Shown piece after piece: positions 24,881 through 39,026 of a stretch of 64,000 nt of DNA. Made by a program: the position numbers and the translations under genes. Source of the stretch: Eledone cirrhosa (Eukaryota); contig OZ024746.1 in the NCBI GenBank assembly GCA_964016885.1, positions 7,688,001 through 7,752,000 of the forward strand, read 5' to 3'. The notes under the pieces are model-generated. The model had not been told where the DNA came from, did no database searches, and saw nothing but the letters and a program-made list of their open reading frames with translations. Positions within the stretch are counted from its first letter, which is position 1. Every line of letters starts with the position of its first letter.

Positions 24881-26569
24881 GATGATATATATATGTGTGT
24901 GTATGTGTGTGTGTGTGTGTATATATGTATGTATATATATATGTGTATGTGTGTGTGTGTGTCTGTGTGTATATATGTATGTATATATATGTATATGAAA
25001 GGCATCCAGCTGTAGAAACCAAATCAAAATCAGTTGTGTATGAGCAAGACACAGTCATCTGATCTGGCTTGGCTCAAAACGGGGATAACTTGTCTAACCC
25101 ATGCTAGCGTGGAAAAATGGATGTTAAGCGATGATGATGATGATGGTATGTATGTATGTGTGTGTATGTGAGTGTGTATGTATGTGTGTGTGTGTGTGTG
25201 TATATGTATCTGGTACCATAGACTCAATCTAGGGAATAGTTTCTATCTTACTGAAGTCATTTGATGTATCAAGTGAGTTAGTTTCCCTACCATAACTCTA
25301 CATTTATTATGGCAGCCATGACACAGAATTTGGTGAAGGACATTAACAAGAGCTGTACTAGTGGATTAGTGGTTAGGGTGTTCAACTCACAATCATAAGG
25401 TACTGAGCTTGATTCCTGGTGTCATGTTGAGTCCTTCAGCAAGAAATTTTATATCCTGTTGTTGCAGTCCACTGAAAGGGACCGGGGCCACATTTATCAT
25501 ATACTGAATATCTTTGAGAACTATGCTAAAGGTGCACGTGTCTGTGGAATGCTCAGCCACTTGAAAGTTAGACTGTTCCATTGTTTGAAGAATTGGAACA
25601 CTCCTCATTGGAATTGATGGAGGTCTCAACTCATAGAAGAAGAAGATATGGGAATAACATCTGTTTAGAGTCTTTTGTGCTGTGAAGATGATGATTTGTA
25701 AATCTAACGTAAATTTATCTTCAAAACAAAACAAAAAATAAATTAAATTAAAACAAACAAGAACAACAACAAACAAAAAATGACCAATAAAATAAAAGGA
25801 AGGGAAAAACAATTGATAAAATATAAAAGAATTATTTATTCCAAATATAGCAGTCTGATAGTATTTAGTAAATGTACTAATTATATATAGGTTAGAGTAT
25901 ACTGTAGCTATAGTCATACTAGAATAACTATTATTATTTAGGACTGTGTGTGTGAGAGAGAGTGTGTGTGTATGTGTGTGTGAGAGAGAGTGTATGTGTG
26001 TGAGAGAGTGTGTATGTGAATGTGTGTGAGAGAGTGTATGTGTGTGAATGTGTGTGAGAGAGTATGTGTGTGAGAGAGTATGTGTGTGTGAGAGAGTGTA
26101 TGTGTGTGAGAGAGTATGTATATGTGTGAATGTGAATGCTAAAGTACACCGTAGCTATATTAATCCTAGAACACCTATTATTACGTGTGAGTGTGTGTGC
26201 ACGTGTGTGTGTGTGTGCGTATGTGTGCGTGTGTGTGTATATATGTGTGTGTGAGTGTTTGTGTCAGCATTATTAACGCTTTCGGCTGAAGACTGCCACC
26301 CTACTCCTGCCCTAAAATGTCATCCACCTTGAGATTCTGGTTGACAGGATGGAGAAGACATTACCCCAGAGGATGGTGAGGGAGATGTGCTGGAACAATC
26401 ATTCCACCTTGGAAAACTCGCAACTGCTGCCAGCCAACTCTACTCCAGTGAGTAGGGATGTGATCAAGGAGCCAAGAATGCCAGGTGGAATATAGCAGTC
26501 TACTTTTATTTTATCTAACTGCTGCTAATGCCATTTCATTTGACACTTGGGGAATAATTTCTTCTTTAA

Positions 26570-26775
26570 ACCATTAACATTTACATTACTCTATATATAT
26601 ACTTGTATTTTCATGATAAAAGCTTTATCTCACATAATTATCTCATATAATCTCGATTTTGATAATGTTGTTTATTTTAAGAAAGATATATTGACATAAG
26701 TGTGAGCTGCTGGTTACAGCCGGTTTGAACAAGGTGAGAGAATTCTGGCCAGAAACAGCCGGTTTAAATGAATTA
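26570..26775. mobile_element. piggyBac-like MITE, degraded
   Basis: Body matches 51039-51259 in reverse. Confidence 0.65.
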
Positions 26776-27063
26776 GATGTACTGCAGGTAGATAGCTTAT
26801 TTGATGTGAGCTTGAAGTGTTTGTATTGTATTTAATTTCTGTTGTTGTTGTAGCATAATTAGTTTTTGTTGTTAGTATAAAAGAGTTGGCATTAGGAAGG
26901 ACATCCAGCCATAGAAACCATGTTAAAATATGGAACCTGTGAGCAAGACATGGTCACTTGATTTGTCTTCTTTTGTTTCGGATCATGACAACTCATCCAA
27001 ATCATGCCAGCATGGGAAACAAACAAAACAATGAGGTATATGTATATATAGAGGTTTATATAT

Positions 27064-27290
27064 AGGTGGCGCGTGGCTGAGTGGTTAGAGAATTGGATTT
27101 GCAATCGTGAGGTTGTGAGTTTGATTCCTGGACCAGGTGATACGTTATGACTTTGAGCAAGACACTTTATTTCATGTTGCTCCTTCTACCTGGAGTTGTG
27201 AACAATAGATTGTATTAGCAATTGGGAAGACCAATGGAAACAGTGTTTGCTTGGTCCGAATTGATGAAAATCGTTCAACTGTCAATATAG
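27064..27290 (+). mobile_element. tRNA-derived CORE-like SINE (family B variant tail)
   Basis: GTGGCTGAGTGGTTAGAG head and GAGCAAGACACTTTATTTC core; relatives at 32175-32393(-) and 51890-52095(-). Confidence 0.85.
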
Positions 27291-27788
27291 GTTTACAAAG
27301 CTAGTCAAAAAGAATTGGTAGCGCTTCGGCTGTTTCCTTACTTACTCAATGATATAAATAGGTTTGTATTTTTAATAATACAAACCTATTACTCAGAGTG
27401 CATGCATACATTAATCAGTAAGATAAATGACTTCATGTGGGTATGATATTAGTATATGTATGTGTGTGTACTTTATATATATCGAGGGAGTGTAACTTGG
27501 AGTTACTGTACGTTCACCCGGGTGAGCACTTGATGTTTAGGTTCACTTCAGTGTCGAGGTGTAGAGCTAGACAGAGTGTATTATAGTGAAATAAGATAAC
27601 AAGGACGATTGATTACTCTTTCATTACGTTTACGTTTTTTTCCATTACCATTACAAAGGATATGACGAGTGGCAGATTACAGAGTCGGGTTAGATCAATA
27701 CAGAACCTTGAGCTGATCAGTGGCGAAAAGCGCATCACCAACCAATAAGCGTAGTGTAGGAGTAACCAATCGTCCTTGTTATTTTATT

Positions 27789-27846
<58 letters not shown>

Positions 27847-27847
27847 G

Positions 27848-27898
<51 letters not shown>

Positions 27899-28322
27899 GA
27901 GAGAAAGAAAGTCTTATAACAACAAAATAAACAACAATACAAAAAATGATGACAAACAATCTGGCTGTAGGACAATGTCCAGAAATATGATGAAATATTA
28001 TTTTCAATAACAGTTTCAAATTAATCAAGCTGTTTTTCTTTTTGCTTAACCTTTCATTCTGATTTAATAAACATGAGTTGGCTACACGCTGTTTACACAA
28101 CTGAATTATAAAGAACACTATTTCATATTTAGCATGGAAATACAGTAAGTGCATTTGACTCCAGAATGTTAGAAACATATTGGAAAAATATAAATTTCTC
28201 ACATGAATGCTAGTATTTCTACAGGAATCCAGTAGAGTTTTCTTAGACAACTGAATACACCTTAATTAAGAACAATTCTGGTACACTTATAGTTACTTTT
28301 CAACCTGGTTGGTATTATGCTA

Positions 28323-28427
<105 letters not shown>

Positions 28428-28755
28428 CGTGTGTGTGTGTATATATATATATATATTTATTAAAATAACAGATTAAAGTTTAAGCAAAGAATCGCTGCTT
28501 TCACCCTTAACGGGATCTACTATATTATTACTATATATATATCATCATCATCATCGTTTAACGTCCATGTTCCACGCTTGCATGGGTTTGGACGGGAGTT
28601 TTCTCACTTGAGGCAAGAGTGGTTGTCTTGCTCGCATAGGACATATATATATATATATGTGTGTGTATATATATATGTGTATATATATATATACATATAT
28701 ATACATATATATACATATATATATGTGTATATATATATATATGTGTATATATATA

Positions 28756-28796
<41 letters not shown>

Positions 28797-28837
28797 GTAT
28801 ATATATGTATAAATACATATATATATATATGTATATA

Positions 28838-28869
<32 letters not shown>

Positions 28870-29059
28870 CTTATAATAATTCTTTACACACATCTCACTG
28901 TGTAACACACTTCTCTTTGTGTAATATATTTATATTTGTATTTGAGCTCAGAAGAAAATTCTCTATTCCTCTTTGAGCTAATGTTATTATTATTACTGTG
29001 AACTGCGGAATAGTCTTAATTCCGATCCCCGTATGTATATATATATATGTATATATATG

Positions 29060-29162
<103 letters not shown>

Positions 29163-29301
29163 ATATGTATATATATATGTATATATATATATATGTGTGT
29201 GTATATGTATGTATATATATATGTATATATATATATATATATATATGTGTGTATATGTATATATATGTATATATATATATATATATATATGTGTGTATAT
29301 G

Positions 29302-29336
<35 letters not shown>

Positions 29337-29565
29337 GTGTGTGTGTATATATATGTATATATATATATGTGTATATATATATATATATATATAAATAAAG
29401 TGGTCCTTCATCAGTGATCTTCCAACCATCATTGGTATTTCTTCGCTTTAAAGACCATATACCTCCGGTTGGTGCGAGCAACGGCTAAAAAAAGTCGTTG
29501 GGACACGTAAATAAAGGGAACAGCGAGAGTGTAAACAAACAAAGATGGTGAAGCAACGAAAAATG

Positions 29566-29639
<74 letters not shown>

Positions 29640-29642
<3 letters not shown>

Positions 29643-30911
29643 GGTGCGGACGATATTTGTTTGCAGTCTAGGAAAAAATAACACAGTAGTTTTATTTTTT
29701 AAGATTTATTTATCAAACTTGGGTCAGTTTGTCTTCATGACTTGTTCTTCCGATTTCATTCGATAAACCCGCCATTGGCTTTGATGACAGCCTCAAGGCG
29801 GCCTCGGAACCGGCTACAGGCCTTTGTCACTGTCCCCCGACTTAGGCCCTTAAAGGCACTTGTGATCCTGGCCTTCAGATCGTCTTTCGTATTGCAGCTA
29901 GATCTGTTGGTGTCTCGTTCCACTGCGCCCACACAAAGAAGTCGAGGGGGTTGCAGTCAGGCGAACTGGGAGGCCAGATGTCAGGTGAAGTGTGGTCAAC
30001 GAAGTTCTCTGACAGCCAGGCTTGGGTCTTTCGGCTGGTATGGCAGGGCACTGAGTCTTGCTGCCACACGCGGCCTACCTGCAGCTACCTGGTAGATCCA
30101 GGGCTTTACTACCTAGGCTCAGAACGCGGATGTAGCCATCGGTGTTCAGCTTGAGGCCCTCAGGGAAGAAGTGAGGTGGTATGACGTCACCTTGACTGCT
30201 GAGGACACCTAAGACCAATGTTGTCGCTGGAAACTTTGTCTGCATGACTCTGGGCACATCTTTGGATGAGACAGCGAGCCACCTGTTGTTCTGGGAGTTG
30301 ATCTTCTGGTCTTGGCAGAAGTTTTTCTCGTCGGAGAAAAACCACAGCATGTCTGGCTCCAGTGGGTGTTTCAATTGTTGATCAGCTTCTTTGCGTGCTT
30401 CAGTCGCTTTTCTTGCATCGCCTTTGACAGAAATTGTAGCGAATGTCTTCATGTACCACCAGCCTAATGAGCTTTTCATCCACACCTTTCTCCTTTGCAA
30501 TGGCATGCATCGACTTGCTAGGTTCATTGTTGATGATATCCTGAACTTCAGCGACGAATTTGGGCATTCTGAAGGCGTCAGATCGTCGATCATGTGTTTT
30601 CCTCTCTGATGTTGCTTCGTAGTCGAATCCTGAATCTTCCAATTCCTTTCTGACCTTTTCCACCATTCTCCTGCTGACGCTGAGAAAGTCTGAAATTTCC
30701 TTATTTGTCCTCCCGGCGCGGATTCCAAGAAGAACTCCGTGTCTCTTCCACAAATCTGGAGGTTCAAAATTATTCATAATCAATTATTCTGAAAATAAAT
30801 AATGGAAATATAGTCACTGTTTTTATGAAGACAAGAGTGACAATGGAAGTAAAAAAAATTTGCATAAAATTAGCAGTTGAAAATTTGCAAAGAAATATTG
30901 TCCACACCCTG
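29640..30911 (-). mobile_element. Near-full-length Tc1/mariner DD37D (maT-type) transposon
   Basis: ~27-bp TIRs CAGGGTG(C/T)GGAC(G/A)ATATTT(G/C)TTTGCA, TA on both flanks, 1272 bp. Confidence 0.93.
29756..30783 (-). pseudogene. DD37D transposase, frameshifted
   Basis: N-terminal HTH (GRTNKEISDFLSVSRRMV), FFSDEKNF, WQQDSVPCH, WPPSSPDCNPLD with 37 residues between D2 and D3; split over several frames. Confidence 0.9.
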
Positions 30912-31063
30912 TATATATATATATATAAATATATATATATATATGTACATATATATATATATATGTACACATATATATATATATATATGTACATATATAT
31001 ATATATATATATGTACATATATATATATATATATATGTACATATATATATATATATGTACATA

Positions 31064-31099
<36 letters not shown>

Positions 31100-31101
31100 T
31101 A

Positions 31102-31172
<71 letters not shown>

Positions 31173-31176
31173 GTAC

Positions 31177-31207
<31 letters not shown>

Positions 31208-31293
31208 CCAAATCAACTTCCAAATCAACTTCCCAAATGCAAGTCGATTGAAAGGTATGTCATATCTATTTATTTATAAGACTGTTTATATTG

Positions 31294-31359
31294 TATTTTG
31301 TCTGATGAAGGCATAACATATTGTTAATATGATATCCCTGAAATATATATAATGAAATA
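31294..31359 (+). ncRNA. Type I hammerhead motif with long stem II (Penelope-like remnant 31250-31490)
   Basis: TATTTTGT-CTGATGA-[AGGcATAaCATATT GTT AATATGaTATcCCT]-GAAA-TATATA-TA-ATGAAATA. Confidence 0.75.
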
Positions 31360-31496
31360 AATATGGTTTTATAAATATAGTTTCCATTTATTTAATATCA
31401 TAAATATACTCCAAATACTTGTTGAGTGCTTTTATATCAGTTATAAATATTTACTCGTTGTTAACCCAACAATTTAAATATAACTTTCCATATATG

Positions 31497-31599
<103 letters not shown>

Positions 31600-31752
31600 T
31601 GTATATGTATATATATATATATGTATACATATATATATATATATGTATATATATATATGTATACATATATATATATGTATACATATATATATATATATAT
31701 ATGTATGTATACATATATATATATGTATATACATATATATATATCATTTCAT

Positions 31753-31798
<46 letters not shown>

Positions 31799-32174
31799 TG
31801 CAGACCCCTGCAAGTGGAATTAGTCGATCTCTGATTTACAGAAACCTAGCATGGATGTTGTATGTTATATGTGATGTATATCGTATGCTACACATTATGA
31901 GTTATGTGTTGCACTCGATGTCCACGTGATGGTCCAGGTCAGTCAAAATCTTTTCCTGAGTTCAGTTTTTTTCGTTGCTATGGCAATGCGGCTAGACTGT
32001 CGGTCGCTATATTTGATTTGCAAAGCTCTCTAAACGTATTGTTATAACTCTGGGGTATTATTCTCCATCGAGTGCTAAAGCTTCATTCCAAATCTGCATT
32101 CGTTAGCTTGGCCGCGGCCTAAAGCTTCGTTAATGCTGTACTAAAATTTGTATATATATATATATATATAAATA

Positions 32175-32392
32175 GGAACGATTGACTTTCGTCAAATCAG
32201 ACCGAGGAAACAATGTTTCCATTAGTCTTTCCAATTGCTAATACTATCTATTGGTCGCAACTCCAGGTAGAAGGAGCAATGTGAAATAAAGTGTCTTGCT
32301 CAAGGATATAACGCATCGCCTGGCCCAGGAATCGACCTCCCAACCTCAAGATTGAGAATCCAATTCTCTAACAACTCAGCCACACGCCTTCG

Positions 32393-32393
<1 letters not shown>
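32175..32393 (-). mobile_element. tRNA-derived CORE-like SINE
   Basis: Reverse complement of the 27064 family, with B-box GGTCGATTCC. Confidence 0.85.
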
Positions 32394-32460
<67 letters not shown>

Positions 32461-32482
32461 ATGTATATATATATATATATGT

Positions 32483-32628
<146 letters not shown>

Positions 32629-32632
32629 ATGT

Positions 32633-32724
<92 letters not shown>

Positions 32725-33301
32725 GTATATGTATATATATATGTATCATCATCATCATCACCGTTTTACGTCCGTTCTTCCATGCTAGCATGGGTTAGAC
32801 GGGTTGTCCTGTTGTGGGCAGTGTCCGGTCGGCTGACCTTGTCTTGCTCATACAGGAACTGATTCTGGCTTGATTTCTACAGCTGGATGCCCTTCCTAAC
32901 ACCAACCTCATTTACAGTGGGTGCTGGGTGCTTTTTTTCCGTGGCACCTACACGTCCACTTTACAGTGGGAGGGTGTGGGGGCATATTGTCTATATGCTT
33001 CATATATACATATATATATACATATATATATACATATATATATATGTATATATATATGTATGGAGTGAGGCTGTGCTGAAAAGGACCCATTCAACACATG
33101 CAGGCATGGAAAAATGGATGTAAAATGATGATCTCAATGCATGAGTATGTGTGCATGTAAGTATGTGTGTGCACACACATGTATATATGTGTATGTGTGT
33201 GTGTGTGCATACATAGAATTTCCTTTTTTAAAATTAAAATCATGAACAGATAGCAATTTACAAATAAAATTATTTTCTTTATGATATTATTAATATGAAA
33301 T

Positions 33302-33441
33302 GCGGTGGATTGATGCATAGAGTTACGGCCCTTGCCAAATCCCGCCGAGGTTAACTTTGCCTTTCATCCTGTTGGTGTCTATAAAATTGAGTACCAGTAA
33401 TACTCTGAGTAATTGCTAGCCTTGTGCCAAAAGTAGAAACA
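33302..33441 (+). mobile_element. Internally deleted SINE family A with TSD
   Basis: ATTATTAATATGAAATGC on both flanks. Confidence 0.8.
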
Positions 33442-33924
33442 ATTATTAATATGAAATGCATGTTTTGTATACTTAGAATCTAGAATTTTCTTTAAGTTTA
33501 GAGACACAGAAAGTTTAAATTGTGATACATATATATATATATATTTGGGGAGATACTTTGTTGGTTTTGTGGTATTTTTTTGGTTCTAAATTCATATTTT
33601 GCTCTAGGTTGTATTTCCAAGCCAAGGCTTTTCTTTAATCGCCACATAAAATGGAAATAGAATACAATTTTTGGCATTACGGTAGATTTAACAGAGCTGA
33701 GCATTATTTAGTTACAAACCTTAGAGGTAAACCTATTACTACAGTGTTTTTCTTCTTGTAAACTCACAAGGCTAAGAAGGGAATCTTGAAGTAATTATGA
33801 CTGTTGTTGTTTTATTTAATATTCAGACTTTAACTTGTCTTGGCATGATATGTTTAGCTAGCAGTCAACTTGTGCAGGAGTGGAAAAACAGATATGGGGT
33901 TTTGTATTTAAAAAAGCAAAAATG

Positions 33925-34144
33925 ACGATGGTGGTGGTGGTGATGATGACGACGATGGTGGTGGTGGTGGTAGTGGTGATGGTGGTGGTGGTGGTGGTGG
34001 TGGTGGTGGTGGTGACGATGGTAGTGGTGGTGGTGGTGGTGGTGGTGGTGGTGGTGGTGGTGGTGGTGGTGATGATGATGATGACGGTGGTGGTGGTGGT
34101 AGTGGTGTTGGTGGTGGTGGTGGTGGTGGTGATGGTGGTGGTGG

Positions 34145-34197
<53 letters not shown>

Positions 34198-34563
34198 GTG
34201 GTGGTGATGAGGATGGTGGTGGTAGTGATGATGATGATGATAATGGTAGTGGGGGTGGTGGCGATTTTGATGATGGTGATGATGATGATGATGATGTTGG
34301 TGGTAGTGATTTGGATGATGATGATGGTGGTGATGCTGGTGATGATGATGATGGTGATGGTGGTGGTAGTTTTGGTGGTGGTGATGATGGTGATGGTAGT
34401 TTTGGTGGTGGTGATGATGGTGATGGTGATGGTGGTGGTAGTTTTGGTGGTGGTGATGATGGTGATGGTAGTTTTGGTGGTGGTGATGATGGTGATGGTG
34501 ATGGTGGTGGTAGTTTTGGTGGTGGTGATGATGGTGATGGTGATGCTTATGTTGATGATGATG
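33925..34563. repeat. (GGT/GAT)n compound microsatellite
   Basis: Direct inspection. Confidence 0.95.
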
Positions 34564-34852
34564 ATAGACTAATAAGTTGATGAACCCAGAAGAAAAGAAG
34601 AAAAAAAAATGAGAAAAAATAACAAGACCCTGTTAAGAACTTTTTTCTGCTTTGTTTGGCAAATATGTTTTTCTAAAGCAGAAAAGACAAAACTGAACAA
34701 TTATAAACATACCCCCGAAATAAAACAAAAGAAAAGACCAAAACATAAATATGTTATGTACTTTAACATCATACAAATACCCCAAGCTTTCTTTTGTTCA
34801 TAATTGTAGTTTTTGAGCAAAAGTTTGGGATTAATTATTTGGAAATTTTAGA

Positions 34853-35460
34853 GCACAGGCATGGCTGTGTGGTTAAGAAATTTACTTTGCAGCTTCATAG
34901 TTTTGTGTTCAGTCTGACTGCATAGCACTTTGGAAAAATATATTCTATTGTAGCCACAGACTAACAAATGCTTTCATCATCATCATCATCATTTAATGTT
35001 TATTTTCCCTGCTAGCAATGGCTGGAAGGTTAATCACAGATTGTGTCAGTACTCAAGTGGAACTACTCACCTCTCAGATGAGCTGGGGGCCTGTATCTTA
35101 CTTACATATGTTCCCATACTCTACAGAGTGCATTGTATTGTGGCACCAGCTCTAAAGAGATTGTCATATCTTTGACACAGCTGGAATGTCCTCCCAACCC
35201 ATAACCCTTTAGCATTTACATTATTCTATATATACTATTGTATTTTTGTGATAAAGGCTTTATCTCACCTAATATCGAATCTATGAGATTTTGATATTAT
35301 TTATTTTGAGAACAATACCTTAACATAAATATGAGCAACCAGTTATGGCCAGTTTGAACAGAAAGATGTGAGAGAATTCTGGTCAGATATGGATGGTTAA
35401 ATGCCTAAGGGTTAAGTGAATTTTGGTAGATAGAAACACTGCAGAATGGCGTATCATCGT
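34853..35460 (+). mobile_element. Old tRNA SINE (family C) split by nested RTE tail and piggyBac-like MITE (35205-35411)
   Basis: Head GCACAGGCATGGCTGTGTGGTTAAG at 34853; tail GTGAATTTTGGTAGATAGAAAC resumes at 35416; relative at 47780-47935(-). Confidence 0.6.
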
Positions 35461-35817
35461 CAGTTTTATGTTCATTTTTTCATGCTGGCATGGGTTGGAC
35501 AAAAATTCTTTGAAGCAAAATTCTGGATTTTGTATACTGTGGCAAACCCACATTTTTGGAGTCCTGAATCTTGAAATTTTGAAATGTAATCAATTATGTG
35601 GTCATTTTTAGGTCGTATGAAATGAGAATTTGTCCATATTCTACTTCAACATATTGGCTTCTGATTCTATCACTAAAATATCTTTATTTTAATAATTCTG
35701 CATCAACTTTGTTGAAAACTACACTCATTACAAAGTTCTGCTTTTGGTGTCACTCCAAGATTAGGGACTCTCTGAAGCTTTATTAGTTTCATTGTAGATC
35801 TGCCACTCTATATCATC

Positions 35818-35963
35818 ATTGTTAATACAACACATAAGAAAAATACATTAACTTAACATTGATAATACTTTGAGAATTACAGTTAGCTTTGTTGCTAACT
35901 GTAATTCTCAAAGTATTATCAATGTTAAGTTAATGTATTTTTCTTATGTGTTGTATTAACAAT
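35818..35963. repeat. Perfect inverted repeat, 70-bp arms, 6-nt loop
   Basis: 35818-35887 is the exact reverse complement of 35894-35963. Confidence 0.97.
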
Positions 35964-37187
35964 TTTTTATTTAGGCTTGAGGCCACACATTCACTGGGGA
36001 AAGGAATGGGCCTGTGCATGCCTTTCTTGGGAGTAATATAAATGATGTAAAGTTAATTTGATCTTACTGGGAATTGAAACTAGGTCAACCAAGCCAACAA
36101 TGGAGCTTCTACTGGTTAGAAATAGAAACCAAATACCCCTAAACATTGTTTATCATCTTAAAAAGAGGAAGGGCATATTGAATAATGCAATGCCTAGATA
36201 CATACAATGGAATAAAATAAGATGGGATGGTCATGGCTGGAAAACTTTGATCTTGATTTTACTTGATCTGAGCTGAACTGGAGTGAATCAAATACAACAA
36301 TAATTCTGGTCAACAGATTCAGTTTTGTGTAAATCTTATCTTCACTTCTTTCAACACACAAACATTTATCATTACCTTCTCACTGGTTTATTGAATAATT
36401 CTATTTACATTTTCATATGGTGAAGCTAATGGTATTTGTTTATACATTTGTCAACATATACAAGCTGTGCTTTATTGAACTACAACACAGACAACTCTGA
36501 AATGTCTCTTTTATATGTTATCTATTTAAAAAATATAAAAACCAAGCACAGTCATTTTTTATCTGTGATCTCATCCGGTTTCTCACTAAAAATTATGATA
36601 TACAGGATTTTCCCTTAGCTGAGTATATAACTATAAAAATATAACTGTACAGCTGTACTCTATTTTATCTCAGTTCACTTAATATGCTGGAGGAATTGTA
36701 ACCCCCTTTCTCTATCTTTCTCCCACCCCTTGCTCCATTTCTCCCCATCTCCTTCTTTCTATCTGTCTATTATCCTTAGCTTTAACACCTGCTCAATTAG
36801 ATTCCACTCCCAATAGCTTATCACCTCAAGTATACTTACCTCCAGTAGTAATGCCTTGCAATTGTACCAACACACATAAAACATTATCAACGCTATCCTT
36901 ACACTGGATTCGGTTCATCAAGTGTGTTGTGACCTTACAGTAAACCAAAACCTCTCCAGTTTGCTTTTATTTTCTTCTATTCATTACAAAAATGACTTTA
37001 CTTTTGTGTTCACTGACCAAGAAAAAGAGGAAAACTACGACGACAACAACAAACTATAACATTCAACAAACTGGTTTTTGTCTGTTTTATAAAATAGGTA
37101 AAAATTGTATAAACTAAGAGTGAGTACTTTATGCATAAATAAATAGTTATAAAACTATTAATTTTACTGAATACAAATCAGAATAAA

Positions 37188-37307
37188 TGGAGGTGTGTGA
37201 CCTAATGGTAAGGGTGTTGGACTTACTATCGTAATGTGGTGGGTTTGATTCTTGGACTGTGTGTTCTTGAGCAAAACATTTCATTTCATGTTGCTTCAGT
37301 ATACTCC
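37188..37307 (+). mobile_element. CORE-like SINE head (same family as the 126-bp array unit)
   Basis: GGAGGTGTGTGACCTAATGGTAAGGGTG..GGTTTGATTC..GTGTTCTTGAGCAAAACATTTC..CAGTATACTC. Confidence 0.8.
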
Positions 37308-38016
37308 AGACAACTTGGCAACAGACAATTTGGCAACAGTCAGATTGGCAATAGACAACTGTGGAACAGACAATTTGACAACATTCAACTTGGCAATAGA
37401 CAACTGTGGAACAGAATATTTGACAACAGTCAACTTGGCAATAGACAACTGTGGAACAGAATATTTGACAACAGTCAACTTGGCAATAGACAACTGTGGA
37501 ACAGAATATTTGACAACAGTCAACTTGGCAATAGACAACTGTGGAACAGAATATTTGACAACAGTCAACTTGGCAATAGACAACTGTGGAACAGAATATT
37601 TGACAACAGTCAACTTGGCAATAGACAACTGTGGAACAGAATATTTGACAACAGTCAACTTGGCAATAGACAACTGTGGAACAGAATATTTGACAACAGT
37701 CAACTTGGCAATAGACAACTGTGGAACAGAATATTTGACAACAGTCAACTTGGCAATAGACAACTGTGGAACAGAATATTTGACAACAGTCAACTTGGCA
37801 ATAGACAACTGTGGAACAGAATATTTGACAACAGTCAACTTGGCAATAGACAACTGTGGAACAGAATATTTGACAACAGTCAACTTGGCAATAGACAACT
37901 GTGGAACAGAATATTTGACAACAGTCAACTTGGCAATAGACAACTGTGGAACAGAATATTTGACAACAGTCAACTTGGCAATAGACAACTGTGGAACAGA
38001 ATATTTGACAATAGAT
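37308..38016. repeat. 45-bp higher-order minisatellite (3 x 15 bp), about 15 copies
   Basis: CAACTTGGCAATAGA-CAACTGTGGAACAGA-ATATTTGACAACAGT. Confidence 0.97.
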
Positions 38017-38379
38017 AAGTTGATTGTTATTTCTAGCAGGTCAAGTGTCCCAATATAGACTCACTCATTAACTCCTATATTTCTACAGTAGGAAATAGTG
38101 TTATAAAATACTGAATTAACCTCATAATGTAGGCCTGGCTCACATCCAGGACCCTGCTAAAGACAACCAAGCACTATATTGTGGTATTTATCTGGGCAAT
38201 TGGCTAAGTCTTCTCTCCACCTCCTCTCTCTCTCTCTCTGTGGAAGAAACTGACTGTTGCCACACCTGAAGAGTAATGGGTCCTGTCAAGCTCAAAGAAT
38301 ATCACATTGAGAAATATATATTTGTAGAAAAAGGAACCTGAAAATGATGGAACACCAATTGAGTTTAGGGATTTTATTT

Positions 38380-38645
38380 AACCATCTTGCCCGTAGTCTA
38401 TCTCTTGGTCTTCTGACTGTTGGCTTTGCCTGTAAAATCTATCCAACAATTCTTAGTACTGGAGCTGTGATCCCTCAATGCAGAGAAGTAGTGGCTCTAT
38501 TTTGAGCAAATCCCTAATCTCCGAGCTATGCACCCTATCGAGTAAATTTATTCCAATGACTCTGCTTGTATTTATGATCATGTTATTTTGGGCATTAGGT
38601 ATGAATACTGAATTGAAGATAGCAAGCTTGACTTTTGCACCTTCT
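38380..38645 (-). mobile_element. RTE LINE family 3 fragment
   Basis: LLDRVHSSEIRDLLKIEPLLLCIEGSQLQY; relatives at 41945-42320, 46030-46160 and 47115-47390. Confidence 0.75.
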
Positions 38646-39026
38646 TTCAACGACCATGTGGTGAAGCTGGGAAAAGCGGACGTAAAATGAGGAGGATGAT
38701 GATGATGATGATATATATATATATATATATACAAAAAGTGAAAAATTAAAAACTTATAAACGAAGGTTCTAACAGTATCCATAGTCAGCTACATTCCATT
38801 TTAGTCGATGTTTTTTTCTGCCTACCATTGGAGTATTTCTTCTATAGGGTGAACTGTAATGACATCAATATGTGTAATGTTATCTCCATTTGGGTGTAAA
38901 GTTGTGTCTATGGAAAAACAAAACAACAAAACATTTTTCTTTCCAATGTAAGCTTTACTTAAAATAATAGTTTTCTCTTTTCCCCAAAGTATACAAACTT
39001 ATCCAAATTTATATACTTCACTTTAA

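Noticed and set aside
26348-26447. Possible plus-strand exon (cag..gtgagt)
   Set aside because: Poor pyrimidine tract, open in more than one frame, may be TE-derived
27706-27745. CTGATCA..GAAA hammerhead-like motif
   Set aside because: Core mismatch and no convincing stems I or II
33880-34572. Met/Val-rich 230-aa ORF
   Set aside because: (GGT/GAT)n microsatellite
37236-38058. Pentapeptide-repeat-like ORFs (NRQLWNRIFDNSQLG)
   Set aside because: Identical 45-bp DNA units with no synonymous variation; ORFs start inside a SINE
38265-38305. CTGAAGAG..CTCAAA hammerhead-like motif
   Set aside because: GAAA box broken and stems I and III not found
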